DNA of 64,000 nucleotides from Isurus oxyrinchus (taxonomy: Eukaryota). The position numbers were made by a program, and so were the translations under genes. The stretch covers positions 744,001 through 808,000 of the forward strand of contig JANJGN010000210.1 in assembly GCA_026770705.1 (NCBI GenBank), in the 5' to 3' direction. Below, one piece after another: positions 25,570-39,965 of this stretch (position 1 is the first letter of the stretch; each line of letters begins with the position of its first letter). A model generated the notes under the pieces. It had not been told where the DNA came from and did not search any database. It was given only the letters and a program-made list of their open reading frames with translations.

Positions 25570-26730
25570 CACAGAATCAACAAATCTTAATGGCACAGAT
25601 GGGGGCCATTCGGCCCATCGTGCATGCACCGGCTCTCCAAATGAGCTTTATGACCTAGCGCCATTGCCCTGTCATTTCCCCATATCCTTGCACGTTGGTT
25701 CTATTCAAAAACTCATTTAATTCCGTCTTGAATGCTTCAGTTGAACCTGCCTCCACTGCACTTCCAAGCAGTGCATTCCAGACTCGAACCACTCGTTGTG
25801 TGAAAAAGCTTTTTCTCACGTCACATTTGTTTCTTTAGCAAATCACTTCAAATCGGTGTCCTCTTGCTTTTGATCCTTTTACGAATGAGAACAGTTTCTC
25901 CTTATCTGCTTTGTCCAGCCCCCTCATGATTTTGAAAACTTCAGCAAGTCTCCTCTCAGCCTTCTCCTCTCCATGGAAATAGTCACAACTTTTCCAATCT
26001 ATCCTCATAGCTGAAGTTCCTCATCCCTGGGAGCATTCTTGTAAACCTCTTCTGCACTCTCTTCAATATCTTCACATCCTTCCTATAATATAGTACCCAG
26101 GGCGGTACACAATATTCCAGTTGAGGTCGAAGGAGGGTCTTATATAAATTCAGCATAACCTCCCTGCTCTTGCACTCTATGCCCTTATTAACAGAGCCCA
26201 GGATACTATATGCATTATTAACTGCCATCTCCATCTGTCCGACCACCTTCATTGGTCTATGAACAAATACATCCAAGTATTTCTGCTCCTGCACACCTTC
26301 AAAATTCCAGCCCTTATTTTATATTGTCTGTCCATGTTCTCCCTTCCAAAATGCATCACCTCACATTTCTCTGCGTTGAACTTCATCTGCCATCTAACTG
26401 CCCACTCCACTAACTTGTCTGTGTCCTCTTAAAGTTCCACACCGTTCTCATCACAGTTCACAACACTCCCAAGCTTCGCATCAATCGCAAACTTCGAAAT
26501 TGTCCCCTGCACACCAAGATCTACATCGTTAATATATATCAGGAAAAGCAAAGGCCCCCAATGCCGACCCATGGGGAACTCCACTACAAATCTTTCTCCA
26601 GCCCAAAAAGCATCGATTGACCATTACTCCCTGCTTCCTATTTTTCAGCAAATTTTGTATCCATACTGCTACTGTCCCTTTTATTCCATGAGCAATAACT
26701 TTTTTCACAAGTTGGTTGTGAGATAAATCC
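25570..26730 (-). mobile_element. CR1-type LINE fragment
   Basis: ORF 25983-26294 LYKTLLRPQLEYC...VQKRFTRM; RT-region sequence to ~26730. Confidence 0.85.
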
Positions 26731-26984
26731 TAATATAATACCAAAAGAGATTTTGTGCAATGCAACAGCAGCTCAGGAATTGTCACTTGCAGTATATCTG
26801 GAGGCACGGCTATGTGCATTAATAAATGAAGCGGTATATAATGTAACGTAAACAGAGACATAGTCCCGTGCAGTAATAACTGAGAAAGAGTCAATTGTAG
26901 TGTATATTGAGGCATGGTCCAGTGCATTAATAAACTAAACTGCAGATAGCGTTATATACACAGATGCATTGCTGAGAGAAAGAT

Positions 26985-27655
26985 AAAAGGAGAAATGGTA
27001 AGCAATTGGGAAAGCTAATCGAATGTTCTCATTTCTTGCGAGGGGAACAGTAGGGAAGTTCTGCTTCAGTTGTACCAGGCACTAGTGAGATCACGTTTGG
27101 AGTACTGTGTGCAGCATTGGTCACCTTATTTAAGGAAGGACATGAATGCGTGAGAAGCAGTTCAGAGAAGGATTACTAGACTAATACCTGGAATGGTTGG
27201 GTTGCTTAATGAGATTGGACAGGCTAGACTTATATCTGCTGGGGTTTAGAAGAGTAAGAGGCGACTTGACTGAAACATATACGATCCTGAGGGGCCTTGA
27301 CAGGGTGGATGTGGAGAGGATGCCTTCACTTGTGGGAGAATCTAGAACTAGGGGTTACTGTTTAAAATAAGGGGTCGCCCATGTAAAACGGAGATGAGGT
27401 GAATTTTTTTCACTCTCAGGGTCGTGAGTCTTTGGGACAATCTTCTTAAAAAGGCAGTGGAAGCAGAGCCTTTGGATATTTTTAAGGCAGAGGTGGATAG
27501 ATTCTTGGTAAACAAGGGGGTGATAGGTTATTGGTGGTAGGTGGGGTCCAAGATTTCAGGTTACTATCAGATCAACTATGATTTTATTAAAAGGCGGAAC
27601 AGCTCCGGGGGGCTGAAAGGCCTACTCCTGCTCTTTGTTCGTATGCTCGTATGTC
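26985..27655 (+). mobile_element. CR1-type LINE 3' fragment
   Basis: LEYCVQHWSPYLRKD codons and a CR1 3' UTR. Confidence 0.8.
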
Positions 27656-28214
27656 CGTCTGGTCTAGTACAGTTATAACTGAGACAAGGTCATCAGGCCA
27701 AGGGTAGTGATAACTGAAGCATGGTGCAGTGTAAAATAATGAAACACAAGGTGCAGCGAAATATAAGTTCAGACATGGTTGTACTACAGTACGAAATGAA
27801 AAAGGGTAATTGAAGTGTCCGCAGAAGCAGGGCATAATATAGTAACAAATGACACAAGATCTAATAATATAAACTTCGGCAGGGTTAGATGCAGTGATAA
27901 CTGGGAAAGGACCAGTTACAGCACAAGTAGAGATATGGACGACTGCAGTAATAGATAAGATAGGACACATTGAACTAGAGTTCAACAATAGTGCAACAAT
28001 AACTAAAGCAGAGTGTAGTATAGCATTTACAGCTGCAGGTGAGGTGCGAAATAAATTGAACCAGGGATGTATGGGGATTACTAAAACGGGGCCTTGATTG
28101 ACATAAACTGAGACAAGACTTAGTGCAGTGATTACTGATACAGGGCCTGGATTATTATCAACCGAGACAGGGTCTAATGCAATGTTTACTGATACAGGGT
28201 CTAGATTAATATAA

Positions 28215-29615
28215 AAACAGAAAATTCTGGAAAAACGCCATCCCATCCTCTCAGTTGCTTTGTCACCTTCACATCTGGTCCGATGATGCCATTTTCCAAA
28301 CCATCGCTTCTGACATGTCTTCCTTCTTCCTAAACTGAGGTTTCCCCTCCACCACCCCCCCCCCCCACCACCACCCTCCACCCCCCCCCCCCTCCCCCCC
28401 CCCCCCCCCCCCCCCAACCTGTGGATGACAGGGCCGTTAATTGTGTGTGACCCATCTTCCGAGCCTCTGTTCACACTTTCCCCTCCCACCCAGAGCCATG
28501 ATAGGATCCTCCTTGTCCTCACATTTCACCCCACAGCGTCCACATTCAAATGGCCATCCTCCGCCATTTCTGCTAACTCCAGCATGATGCCACCACCAAA
28601 CACATCTTGTCCTCACCACCCCTACCCCCTCGACTACTATCAGTGTTCTGTAATGGCCATTCCCTTCAGGACACCCTGGCCTACTCCTCCATCAACCTCA
28701 ATACCTCATTCATTTCACATGACACTTTCCTATGCAATCGCAGAAGATGCCACATCTGCCTCTTTACCTCCTTCTTCTTCACCATCCAAGGGCCCAAACA
28801 CTCCTTTCAGGTGAAGTACCGCTTCATTGCACCTCCTTCAATTTGACCCACTGCATTCGCTGCTCCCAATGCTGTCTCCTCTAGACTGGGGACACCAATC
28901 ACAGACTGGGTGAGTGCTTTGTGGAACACCTTTGGTTTGTCTGCAAGCATGATCAAGGCCTTCTTGTCGCTTGCTATTTCAACACACCACCCTGCTCTCA
29001 TGCCCACATGTCCATCATTGGCCTGCTGCAATGTTCCAGTGAAGCCCAACACAAACTGGAAGAACAGCACCTCATCTTCTGATGATGCACTTTAAAGCCT
29101 TATTCATTTATTAATTGTTTCAGCCCCATTTTACCCTCTTTTCTTGTTCCTTTTCATATAGTTTTTCCCCAACCACCGCTCCCTCCACCAACCACACCTC
29201 CCAAAAGGCCCATCTGTTACTTGTTCCATGTTGTTCTTTCACAGTGTGTTGACTCTGGTTCTGCTATTAACACATTCTGCTTTCTTACCTTTATGCCACT
29301 ATCACTATCAGCACCTTGTTTAGCCTTACCACTACCATTAACTCTCCCTTAGCCTTTTTGCCCATGATATGTTTGTCAGCATCACCTTACCCCCAACTAT
29401 CGCCTGCCTTCTATCCAGCCTCACCTGATCCACCCCGCTAAAACAGTATTAAGGTTGTCACATTTCCATTGTTCTTTAGCTCTGAGGAAGAGTCATAGGG
29501 TCTTTAAATGTTAACTCTGCTTCTCTCCCCACAGGTGCTGTCAGACGTGCTGAGTTTTGCCATCATTTTGTGTTTTCCTTTCAGACTTCCAGCATCTGCA
29601 GTATTTTGCTTTTAT
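28215..29615 (+). mobile_element. Older, decayed Penelope-like element (3' half)
   Basis: Colinear with 37240-38557 (GIY-YIG region, 3' UTR, decayed hammerhead-like motif at ~29480-29520). Confidence 0.85.
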
Positions 29616-29639
29616 CCCTTTTGATATAAATTAAGAAAA

Positions 29640-32600
29640 TGCCTTTTGCAGTGATTACTGATACAGGGTCTAGGGTAATATAAACTAAGACAGGGGCAAG
29701 TGCAGTGATTACTCATACAGGTCTAGATTGATATAAACTGAGGCAGGGCGAAGTGCAGTGTTTACTGATATAGGGTCTAGATTGATACAAACTGAGGCAG
29801 GGCATAGTGCAGTGATTGCTGATACAGGACTGAGATTAATATAAATCAGGACAAGTGATGAGGCAGTGATTCCTGAAACAAGATGTAGAGCATATAAGCT
29901 GAGACAGTGTCCATTGCTGTGAAAACTGTTACAGGGTCTATATCAATATGAGCTGAGATAGTGTCTAGTGTAGTGATTGCTGATACAAGGTCTGGATTAA
30001 GATTAACTGAGACAAGGCCTAATACAGTGATTACTGATACAATGTCTAGATTAAAATAAACTGAGACAGGGTCAAGTGCAGTGATAACTGATAGAGGGTA
30101 TAGGTTGATATAATCTGAGGCAGGCCATAGTACAGTGATTACTGATACAGGGTGTCAATCAATAAAAACTGAGACAGTGTCCATTGCAGTGATTACTGAT
30201 ACAGCATCTAGACCAATTTAACCTGAGGCAAGGTATAGTGCAGTGTTTACTGGTACACGATTAGCAATAATATAAACTGAGACAACGTCTAGTGCAGTGA
30301 TTACTGATACAGGGCCTATATCAATTTACACTGAGATGGAGTCTAATGCACTGATTATTGATACAGGGTCAAAATTAATATAATTGAGACAGGGTCTTGT
30401 GCAGTGATTACTGATACAGGATCTAGATCAATATAAACAGAGAGAGTCAAGTGCAGAAATTATTAATATAGGGTCTCAATTGATATAAACTGACACAGAG
30501 CATTTAGCATTAATTACTGATACAGGGCCTAGATTAATATAAACTGAGAGAGCGTCTAGTGCAGTGATTACTGATACAGAGTCTTTAATAATATAAACTG
30601 AGTCAGTCTCTCATGCTGTCATTCCTGGAACAGGGTCTGGACTAATAAAAGCTGAGACGGGGCCCAGCGCAGTGATTACTGTTGAAGGGTCGAGGCTAAT
30701 ATGAACGGAGGCAGGGCCAACTGCAGTGATTACTGATAAAGAGTTTAGATTAATATAAATTGATTCAGCACCTAGTGAAGTGATTTCTGACACAGACTCT
30801 AGATTAGTATGAAGTGAGACAGGCTCTTCTGCAGCGATTATTGCTACCAGCTCTAGATTGATAAAAATTGAGGCAGGGCCAAGTGCAGTGATTACTGGTA
30901 CAGGCTCTAGATTAATACAACTGATACAAGGTCTAGTGCAGTGATAACACATACAGGAGAGAGACCAATATAAGCCAAGTTAAGGTGTAGTGCAGTGATT
31001 ACTGATACAGTGGCTAAATCAATATAAACTGAGACAGGGCCACGTACAGTGATTACTGATGCAGTGTCTAGGTTGATATAATCTGAGGCAGTCCATACTG
31101 CAGTAATTACTGATACAGGATCTATATCAAAATAAGCTGAGTTAGGTCTAAAGCAGTGTTTACTGATACAGGGTCTTGATAAATATAAAAGGATAGAGGG
31201 TCTACCTCACTGATTACTGATACAGGGCCCAGACAAATATAAAATAAGACAGGGGCTAATGCAGTGATGACTGATACATGATTGAACTTAACATAAAATG
31301 AGACAGGGTCCATTGCAGTGATTATTGAAACCCGGTCTAAATTAATACAAAATTAAATAGGGTCTATTGCTATGGTTAATGATACAGGGTCTAGATCAAT
31401 TTAAACTGAGACAGGGTCTAGTGCACTGATTACTGATACAGGGTCAAAATTAACATAAGTGAGATAGGGTCTAGTGTGGTGATTACTGATAGTGTCTAGA
31501 TTAACATAAACTGAGGCAGGTTCTAGTGCAGTAATTAGTGATACAAGGACTAGATTAATATAAACTGAGACAGGCTCTGGTACAGAGATAAATGATACAG
31601 GGTCATGATCAACATTAACCGAGACAGGGTCTAGTGCACTGATTACTGATACAGGGTCTAGATTGATTTAAAACCAATAACTGAGGCAGGGTCTAGTGCA
31701 GTGATTACTGATACAGGATCTAGATCAATGCAAACTGATACAGTGTCTATTGCAGTGATTACTGATACAGGATCTAGATCAATGCAAACTGATACAGTGT
31801 CTATTGCAGTGATTACTGATACATGGTCTAGGTTGATATAAATGAGGCAGGGCCTACTGCCATGATTACTGATACAAGATCTAGACTAATATAAACTGAG
31901 ACAGGCTTGAGTGAAGAGATAACTGATACAGGACCTAGATCAATATTAACTGAGATAGGGTCTCGTGGACTGAATACTCATGCAGGGTTTAAGCTAATAT
32001 GAACTGAGACAGGGCATTGTACAGTGATTACTGATAGTGGGCCTGTATAAATATAAACTAGAACAGGGCTAGTGCAGTGATTACTGATACAGGGTCTGGA
32101 CTAATATAAACTGAGATGGGGCCCAAAGCAATGATTACTGATACAGGCTCTAAATTAATATAAACTGAGGCAGGGCCTAGTGCAGTGATTACTAATACAG
32201 GGGCTAGATCAATATAAACTGAGATAGTGTCTTGTGCAGTTCTTACTTACACAGGGCCCAGATAAATATAAGCCAGGACAGGGGCTAGTGCAGTGATTAC
32301 TGATACAGGGGCTAAATCAATATAAACTGAGACAGGGCCTAGATCAATGATTATTATACAGGGTCTTGATTAATATAAAATGAAAGACGGTCTTCTGCAG
32401 TGATTACTGATACAGGGTCTAGATTGAAACAAACTAAGGCAGGCAATAGTGAAGTGGTTACTGATTCAGGGCCCAGATAAATATACACTAGGACATGGGC
32501 TAGCGTGGTAATTACTGATACAGGGTCTAGATCAACATAAATTGAGACAGTGTCCATTGCTGTGATTATTTTTACAGGGCCTAGATCAATGCAAACTGAT

Positions 32601-35600
32601 ACAGTGTCTATTGCAGTGATTACTGATACAGGGTCTAGATTAATATAAACTGAGACAGGCCCTAGTGCCGTATTTAATGATACAGGATCTTGACGAATAT
32701 AAACTAAGACAGGCTCAAGTGAAGAGATAACTGATATAGAGCCTAGATCAATATTAACTGAGACAGGGCCTAATGCACCAATTACTGATATAAGGTCTAG
32801 ATTAACATAAACTGAGAGAGGTACTGGTGCAGTGATTGCTAACATAGGGCCTAGATTGATATAAACTGATATAGAGCATAGAGCAGTGATTACTGATAAA
32901 GGCTCTAGATTAATAGAAACTGAGACAGGGCCTGGTGCAGTGATTACTAAGACAGTGTGTTCATTAATATAAACTGAGACAGGCTCTATTTCAATGATTA
33001 CTGATACAGGTCATGTCCAGTGCAGTGCTTACTGACACAGGGTCTAGATCAAAATAAACTGAGACAGTATCCAGTGAAATGATTCCTGATGCAGGATGTA
33101 GATGATAAAAACTGAGGCAGGGCATAGTGCAATGATTACTGATACAGGGTCTAGTTTAATATAGCCTAGACAGGGTCCAGTGCAGTGATTACTGACACAA
33201 GATCTTGATTAATATAAACTGATACAGGGCAAAGCACAGTGATTAATGATACAGGGTCTCGATTTATATAAACTGAGGCAGGGCATAGTGCAGCGATTAC
33301 CAATACAGGGCCTAGATTAATAGAGACTGAGACAGGGCAAAGTGCAATGATTTCTGATACAGGGTCTAGATTTCTATAGACTGGGGCAGGTCATAGCGCA
33401 GTGAATACTGATTCATACAAACTGGGACAGGATCTGGGGCAGTGATTACTGATACAGGGACTAGATAAAAATAAACTGACACTGTGTCCAGGGCGGTGAT
33501 TACTGATACACGACCTGAACTAATATAAACTAAGACAGGGCCAAGTGCAGTGATTATTGATACATGGTCTTGACTAATACAAACTGAGATGGGGCCTGGT
33601 GCAGTGATTACTGATGTAGGGTGTAGGTTAATATGAACTGAGAACTGAGACAGAGTATATTGCAGAGCTTACTGATGCATGGTGTGGACTACTATAAACT
33701 GAGTCTGGGTCTAGTACAGAGAAATATGATGCAGCTGATGTCAATATTAACTGAAACAGGGTCCAGTGCAATGGTTACTGATAATGTACTTTGATTAATA
33801 TAAACTGAAACTGTGTCCAGTGCAGTGATTAGTGACACAGGTTCTAGGTTAATGTAAACTGAGTCAGGGCCTAGTGCAGTGATTACCGATACAGGGTCTG
33901 GATTAATATAAACTGAGACAGGGTCTAGTGCAGTGTTTACTGATACAGGGTCTAGATTAATAGAAAATGAGACAGGGCCAAGTTCAGTGATTACTGATAC
34001 AGGGTCTAGGTTAAGATAACCAGGGACAGGGCCTCAGGCAGTGATTACTGATACAGGGCCTTCAGTAATATAAACTGAGACAGGTTCTATTGCAGAGATA
34101 ACTGATACAGGGTCTAGAACAACATTAACTGAGACAGGGTCTAGTGCAGTGATTACTGATACAGTCTAGATTAAGGTAATCTGAGACAGGACCTAGAGCA
34201 GTGATTACTTATACAGGGTCTTGATTAATGTAAAACGAAAGAGGGTCTCCTGCAGTGATTAATGATACAGGGTCTAGTTTGAAATAAACTGAGGCAGGCC
34301 ATTGTGCAGTAATTACTGACACAGGATCTCGATTAATATAAACTGAGGTAGGGCCAAGCGCAGCGATTATCAATCCAGGGTCTAGATTAATAGAAACTGA
34401 GGCAAATGCAGTGACTACTGATAAAGGGTCTAGATTTATATAAACTGGGGCAGGGCATAGCACAGTGAATACTGATACAGGGATGAGATTAATACAAACT
34501 GAGACAGGATCTGGGGTAATGATTACTGATACAGGGACTAGATCACAATAAACTGACACCATGTCAAGGGCGGTGATTACTAATAAATGGCCTGAACTAG
34601 TGTAAACTGAGACAGGGCCAAGTGCAGTGACTACTGATACAGGGTCTTGTCTAATACAAACTGAGACAGGTCCTAGTGCAGTGATTACCGATTCAGGGCC
34701 TAGATTAATATGAACTGAGAACTGAGACAAAGTATATTGCAGAGATTACTGATGCATGATGTGGACTACTATAAACTGAGTCTGGGTCTAGTGCATAGAA
34801 ATATGATGCAGGGCCGACGTCAACATTAACTGAGACAAGGTCCAGTGCAGATGTTACTGATACAGGGCCTTGATCAATATACACTGAGACAGTGTCCAGT
34901 GCAGTGATTAGAGACTTAGGACCTAGATTAATATAAACGGAGTCAGGGCCTCATGCAATCATTACTGATATAGGGTCTAGATTGATATAAACTGCAGGAG
35001 GGCATTGTGCAGTGATTATGGAGACAGGGCCTGGATTAATATAAACTGAGACAGGGTCTAGTGCAGTGATGACTGATACAGTCTCGAGATTGCTATAAAC
35101 TGAGGTAGTGCATTCTGCAGTGATTACTGACACTGGCTTTAGATTAAGATAGATATAAATCAATATAAATGGAGACAGTCTCTACTGCAGTGATTACTGA
35201 TACAGAGTCTAGATTGATATAAACAGTAACAGGGTGTAGTATAGTGATTACTGATACAGGGCCAAGATTAATATAAGCTGAGACAGGATCTAGTGAGTTA
35301 TTACTGATAAAGGGACTATATTATTTTTTAATGAGAAAGGGTCTAGTCTCTGATTACTAATGCAGCATCTAGATTTTTATAAGCTGAGACAGCATCCAGT
35401 GCAGTGATTATTGACATAGGGCTTAGATTAATATAAACGGAGGCAGTGCATATTGCAGTGCTTACTGATACAAGGTTGAGATTAATAGAAACTGAGAAAG
35501 GGCCAAGTGCAATGATTACTGATACAGGCTCTAGGTTAAGATAAACAGAGACAGGGCCTAAGGCAGTGATTACTGATACAGGGCCTTCACTAATAGAAAC

Positions 35601-35624
35601 TGAGACAGGTTCTATCGCAGAGAT
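29640..35624 (+). repeat. 54-bp satellite (alternating 27-bp subunits), left block
   Basis: Subunit A gtgcagtgattactgatacagggtcta and subunit B gattaatataaactgagacagggtcta, e.g. 33901-33954. Confidence 0.95.
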
Positions 35625-36262
35625 GGAAATAGGTGGGAAAAGAAAAATCTATATAATTTATAGGGAAAAGAAAGGGAAAAAGGGGGAAACAGAAAGGGGG
35701 TGGGGATGGGGGAGGGAGCTCACGACCTAAAGTTGTTGAACTCAATATTCAGACCGGAAGGCTGTAAGGTGCCTAGTCGGAAGATGAGGTGTTGTTCCTC
35801 CAGTTTGCGTTGGGCTTCACTGGAACAATGCAGCAAGCCAAGGACAGACATGTGGGCAAGAGAGCAGGGTGGAGTGTTAAAATGGCAAGCGACAGGGAGG
35901 TTTGGATCATTCTTGCGGACAGACCGCAGGTGTTCTGCAAAGCGGTCGCCCAGTTTACGTTTGGTCTCTCCAATGTAGAGGAGACCACATTGGGAGCAAC
36001 GAATGCAGTAGACTAAGTTGGGGGAAATGCAAGTGAAATGCTGCTTCACTTGAAAGGAATGTTTGGGCCCTTGGACGGTGAGGAGAGAGGAAGTGAAGGG
36101 GCAGGTGTTACATCTTTTGCGTGGGCATGGGGTGGTGCCATAGGACGGGGTTGAGGAGTAGGGGGTGATGGAGGAGTGGACCAGGGTGTCCCGGAGGGAG
36201 CGATCCCTACGGAATGCCGATAAGGGGGGTGAAGGGGGATAAGGGGGGTGAAGGGTGAAGGT

Positions 36263-38037
36263 TTTGTCTGGCGCACTGACCTCTACCTCGTGGAGGCTGA
36301 GCGTCAACTCGCAGACACTTCCTCCTACCTCTCCCTGGACCATGACCCCACCACTGAACATCAAGCCATTGTTTCCAGGACTGTCACTGACCTCATCTCC
36401 TCTGGGGATCTCCCTCCCACAGCTTCCAACCTGATAGTCGCCCAACCTCGGACGGCCCGCTTCTATCTCCTACCCAAAATCCACAAACAGAACTGCCCCG
36501 GTAGACCGATCGTCTCAGCTTGCTCCTGCCCCACAGAACTCATCTCTCGTTATCTTGACTCCCTTCTCTCTCCCCTTGTCCAGTCCCTTCCCACCTACAT
36601 CCGTGATTCCTCTGACACCTTACGTCACATCAACAATTTCCAGTTCCCTGGCTCCAACCGCTTCCTCTTCACCATGGACGTCCAATCCCTCTACACCTCC
36701 ATCCCCCACCAGGATGGTCTGAGGGCCCTTAGCTTCTTCCTCGAACAGAGGCCCGAACAATCCCCATCCACCACTACTCTCCTCCGTCTGGCTGAACTTG
36801 TTCTCACGTTGAACAATTTCTCCTTCAACTCCTCTCACTTTCTCCAAATAAAAGGTGTGGCTATGGGTACCCGCATGGGCCCCAGCTATGCCTGTCTCTT
36901 TATGGGGTATGTGGAACATTCCTTTTGCAGTCCTACTCCGGCCCCCTTCCACAACTTTTTCTCCGGTACATCGATGATTACTTCGGTGCCGCTTCATGCT
37001 CTCGTCGGGACTTGGAAAAATTTATTAATTTTGCTTCCAATCTCCACCCCTCCATCATTTTCACGTGGTCCATCTCTGACACTTCCCTTCCCTTCCTTGA
37101 CCTCTCTGTCTCAATCTCTGGTGATAGACTGTCCACCAATATCCATTACAAACCCACCGACTCCCACAGCTACCTCGACTACAGCTCCTCACACCCCGCT
37201 TCCTGTAAGGACTCCATCCCATTCTTCCAGTTCCTTCGCCTTCGTCGCATCTGTTCCGATGATGCTACCTTCAAAAACAGTTCCTCTGACATGTCCTCCT
37301 TCTTCCTTAACCGAGGTTTTCCACCCACGGTCGTTGACAGGGCCCTCAACCGTGTCTGGCCCATCTCCCGCGCATCCGCCCTCACGCCTCCTCCTCCCTC
37401 CCAGAAACATGATAGGGTCCCCCTTGTCCTCACTTATCACCCCACCAGCCTCCGCATTCAAAGGATCATCCTCCGCCATTTCCGCCAACTCCAGCATGAT
37501 GCCACCACCAAACACATCTTCCCTTCACCCCCCTTATCGGCATTCCGTAGGGATCGCTCCCTCCGGGACACCCTGGTCCACTCCTCCATCACCCCCTACT
37601 CCTCAACCCCCTCCTATGGCACCACCCCATGCCCACGCAAAAGATGTAACATCTGCCCCTTCACTTCCTCTCTCCTCACCGTCCAAGGGCCCAAACATTC
37701 CTTTCAAGTGAAGCAGCATTTCACTTGCATTTCCCCCAACTTAGTCTACTGCATTCGTTGCTCCCAATGTGGTCTCCTCTACATTGGAGAGACCAAACGT
37801 AAACTGGGCGACCGCTTTGCAGAACACCTGCGGTCTGTCCGCAAGAATGATCCAAACCTCCCTGTCGCTTGCCATTTTAACACTCCACCCTGCTCTCTTG
37901 CCCACATGTCTGTCCTTGGCTTGCTGCATTGTTCCAGTGAAGCCCAACGCAAACTGGAGGAACAACACCTCATCTTCCGACTAGGCACCTTACAGCCTTC
38001 CGGTCTGAATATTGAGTTCAACAACTTTAGGTCATGA
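36263..38037 (+). pseudogene. Penelope-like RT/GIY-YIG ORF, 5'-truncated with one frameshift
   Basis: LPKIHK...PGRPIVS, TMDVQSLYTSI, GVAMGTRMGP; frameshift at ~36925; then LRYIDD and LVYCIRCSQCGLLYIGETKR...RFAEH...GLN. Confidence 0.9.
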
Positions 38038-38419
38038 GCTCCCTCCCCCATCCCCACCCCCTTTCTGTTTCCCCCTTTTTCCTTTTTTTTTCCCTATAAA
38101 TTATATAGATTTTTCTTTTCCCACCTATTTCCATTATTTTTAAATATTTTAAAATCTTTTATGCTCCCTCCACCCCCACTAGAGCTGTACCTTGAGTGCC
38201 CTACCATCTATTCTTAATTAGCACATTCGTTTAGATAATATCACCAACTTTAACTTTAACACCTATGTGTTCTTTTGTACCATTGTCACTGACATCTTTT
38301 GATGATCTGCTTCTATCACGGCTTGTTTGTCTACACAACCACCTCTCTCTCTCCCTATCTCTCCACCCCACACACACACCTTAAACCAGCTTATATTTCA
38401 ACTCTTGGACTCGAAATCA

Positions 38420-38458
38420 AGTTCTGTCGAAGGGTTATGAGGACTCGAAACGTCAACT
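38420..38458 (+). ncRNA. Minimal hammerhead-ribozyme-like motif in the PLE 3' region
   Basis: agtt-CTGTCGA-a-gggt(tatgagg)actc-GAAA-cgtc-aact: stem I agtt/aact, stem II gggt/actc, palindromic ACGT. The core differs from CUGANGA at one position. Confidence 0.6.
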
Positions 38459-38557
38459 CTTTTCTTCTCCGCCGATGCTGCCAGACCTGCTGAGTTATTC
38501 CAGGTAATTCTGTTTTTGTTTTGGATTTCCAGCATCCGCAGTTTTGTTTTGTTTTTA

Positions 38558-39965
38558 TCTATCGCAGAGATAACTGATACAGTGTCATTAACTGATATGG
38601 GGCCTAGTGCAGTGATTACTGATACCAGCCTAGATTAATATAAACTGAGACAGGGCCTAGAGCAGTGGTTAATTACACAGGGTCTTGATTAATATAAAAT
38701 GAAAGAGGGTCTTCTGCAGTGATTAATGATACAGGGTCTAGGTTGAAATAAACTGAGGCAAGCCATTGTGCAGTGGTTACTGATGCAAGACCCATATAAA
38801 TGTATTCTAGAACATGGGCTAGTGCAGTGATTACTGACACAGGATCTAGATCAATATAAACTGACACAGTGTCCATTGCAGTGATTATTGATACAGGGTC
38901 TCAATCAATGCAAACTGATACATTGTCTATTGCAGTGATTACTGATACATAGCCTTGATTAATGGAAACTGAGACAGGTTCCAGTGCCGTATTTAGTGAT
39001 AGAGGATCTAGACTAATATAAACTGAGACAGGCTCAAGTTCAGAGATAACTGATGCAGGGCCTAGATAAATATTACCGGAAACAGGACCTACTACACTGA
39101 TTACTTATCCAGAGCCTGGGTTAATATTAACTGAGACAGGGCCTAGTGCAGTGATTACTAATACAGAGTCTAGATTGATAAATATTGAGACAGAGCATAG
39201 TACAATGATTACTGATACAGCATCTAGATTAATAAAAACTGAAAGAGGACCAGGTCCATTGATTACTGATACAGGGTCTCGAGATATTAACTGAGACAAG
39301 GTCTAGTGCAGTGATTACTTACACAGGATCTAGATTAATATAATCTGATATAGGGCCAAGTGCAGCAATTACCGAAACAGGATCTGGATTAATAGAAACT
39401 GCAGCAGGGCATTGTACAATGATTACTGATACAGAGTCTAGATTAATAGAACCTGAGACAAAGTTCAGTGCTGTGTTTACTGATACATGGTCCTGATCAA
39501 TATAAACTCAGACAATGACCAGTGGAGTGATGACTGATACAGGGTCTAAATTGATATAAACTGAGGCAGTACATAGTGCAGTGATTACTGATACAGGTCT
39601 AGGTTAGTATAACCTGGACAGGCTCTACTGCAGTGATTACTGATATAGGGCCAAAATTAATATAAACTAACAGGATCTAGTGAGTTATTACTGATGAAGG
39701 GACTATATTAATTTTTAATGAGAAAGGGTCTGGTGCACTCATTACTAATGCAACATCTAGATTTTTATCAGCTGAGACAGGATCCAATGCAGTGATTACT
39801 GATATAGTGTTTAGATTAATAGAAACTAATAAAAATAGAAAAGGGCCAAGTGCATTGATTACTGATACAGGCTCTAGGTTAAGATAAGCTGAGACAGGGT
39901 GTGGTGCAGTGATTACTGATCAATTATCTGGACTAATATAAAGTGAGACAGGGCCAAGTGCAAGA
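38558..39965 (+). repeat. 54-bp satellite, right block
   Basis: Same subunits resume in register after the TSD. Confidence 0.95.

Larger units (their letters stand above)
35625..38557 (+). mobile_element. Young 5'-truncated Penelope-like retroelement with 5' inversion and TSD
   Basis: RT plus GIY-YIG endonuclease. 35623-36236 is an inverted copy of ~37522-38136. Flanking direct repeat tctatcgcagagat at 35611-35624 and 38558-38571. Confidence 0.92.

Noticed and set aside
30611-39299. ORFs encoding 9-aa repeats (LDPVSVITA / LDPVSVYIN)
   Set aside because: A by-product of 27-bp units; frequent stops and frameshifts, and no splice or start context.
29640-39965. Satellite unit looks like an RSS array (TGCAGTG ... 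~24 nt ... ATATAAACT)
   Set aside because: The heptamer lacks the essential 5' CAC and the spacer is 24. On the other strand CACTGCA has no nonamer at 12 or 23 nt. The resemblance is probably coincidental.
29640-39965. CRISPR-like repeat-spacer array
   Set aside because: Both alternating subunits are repeats, so there are no unique spacers. The DNA is vertebrate and has no cas genes.
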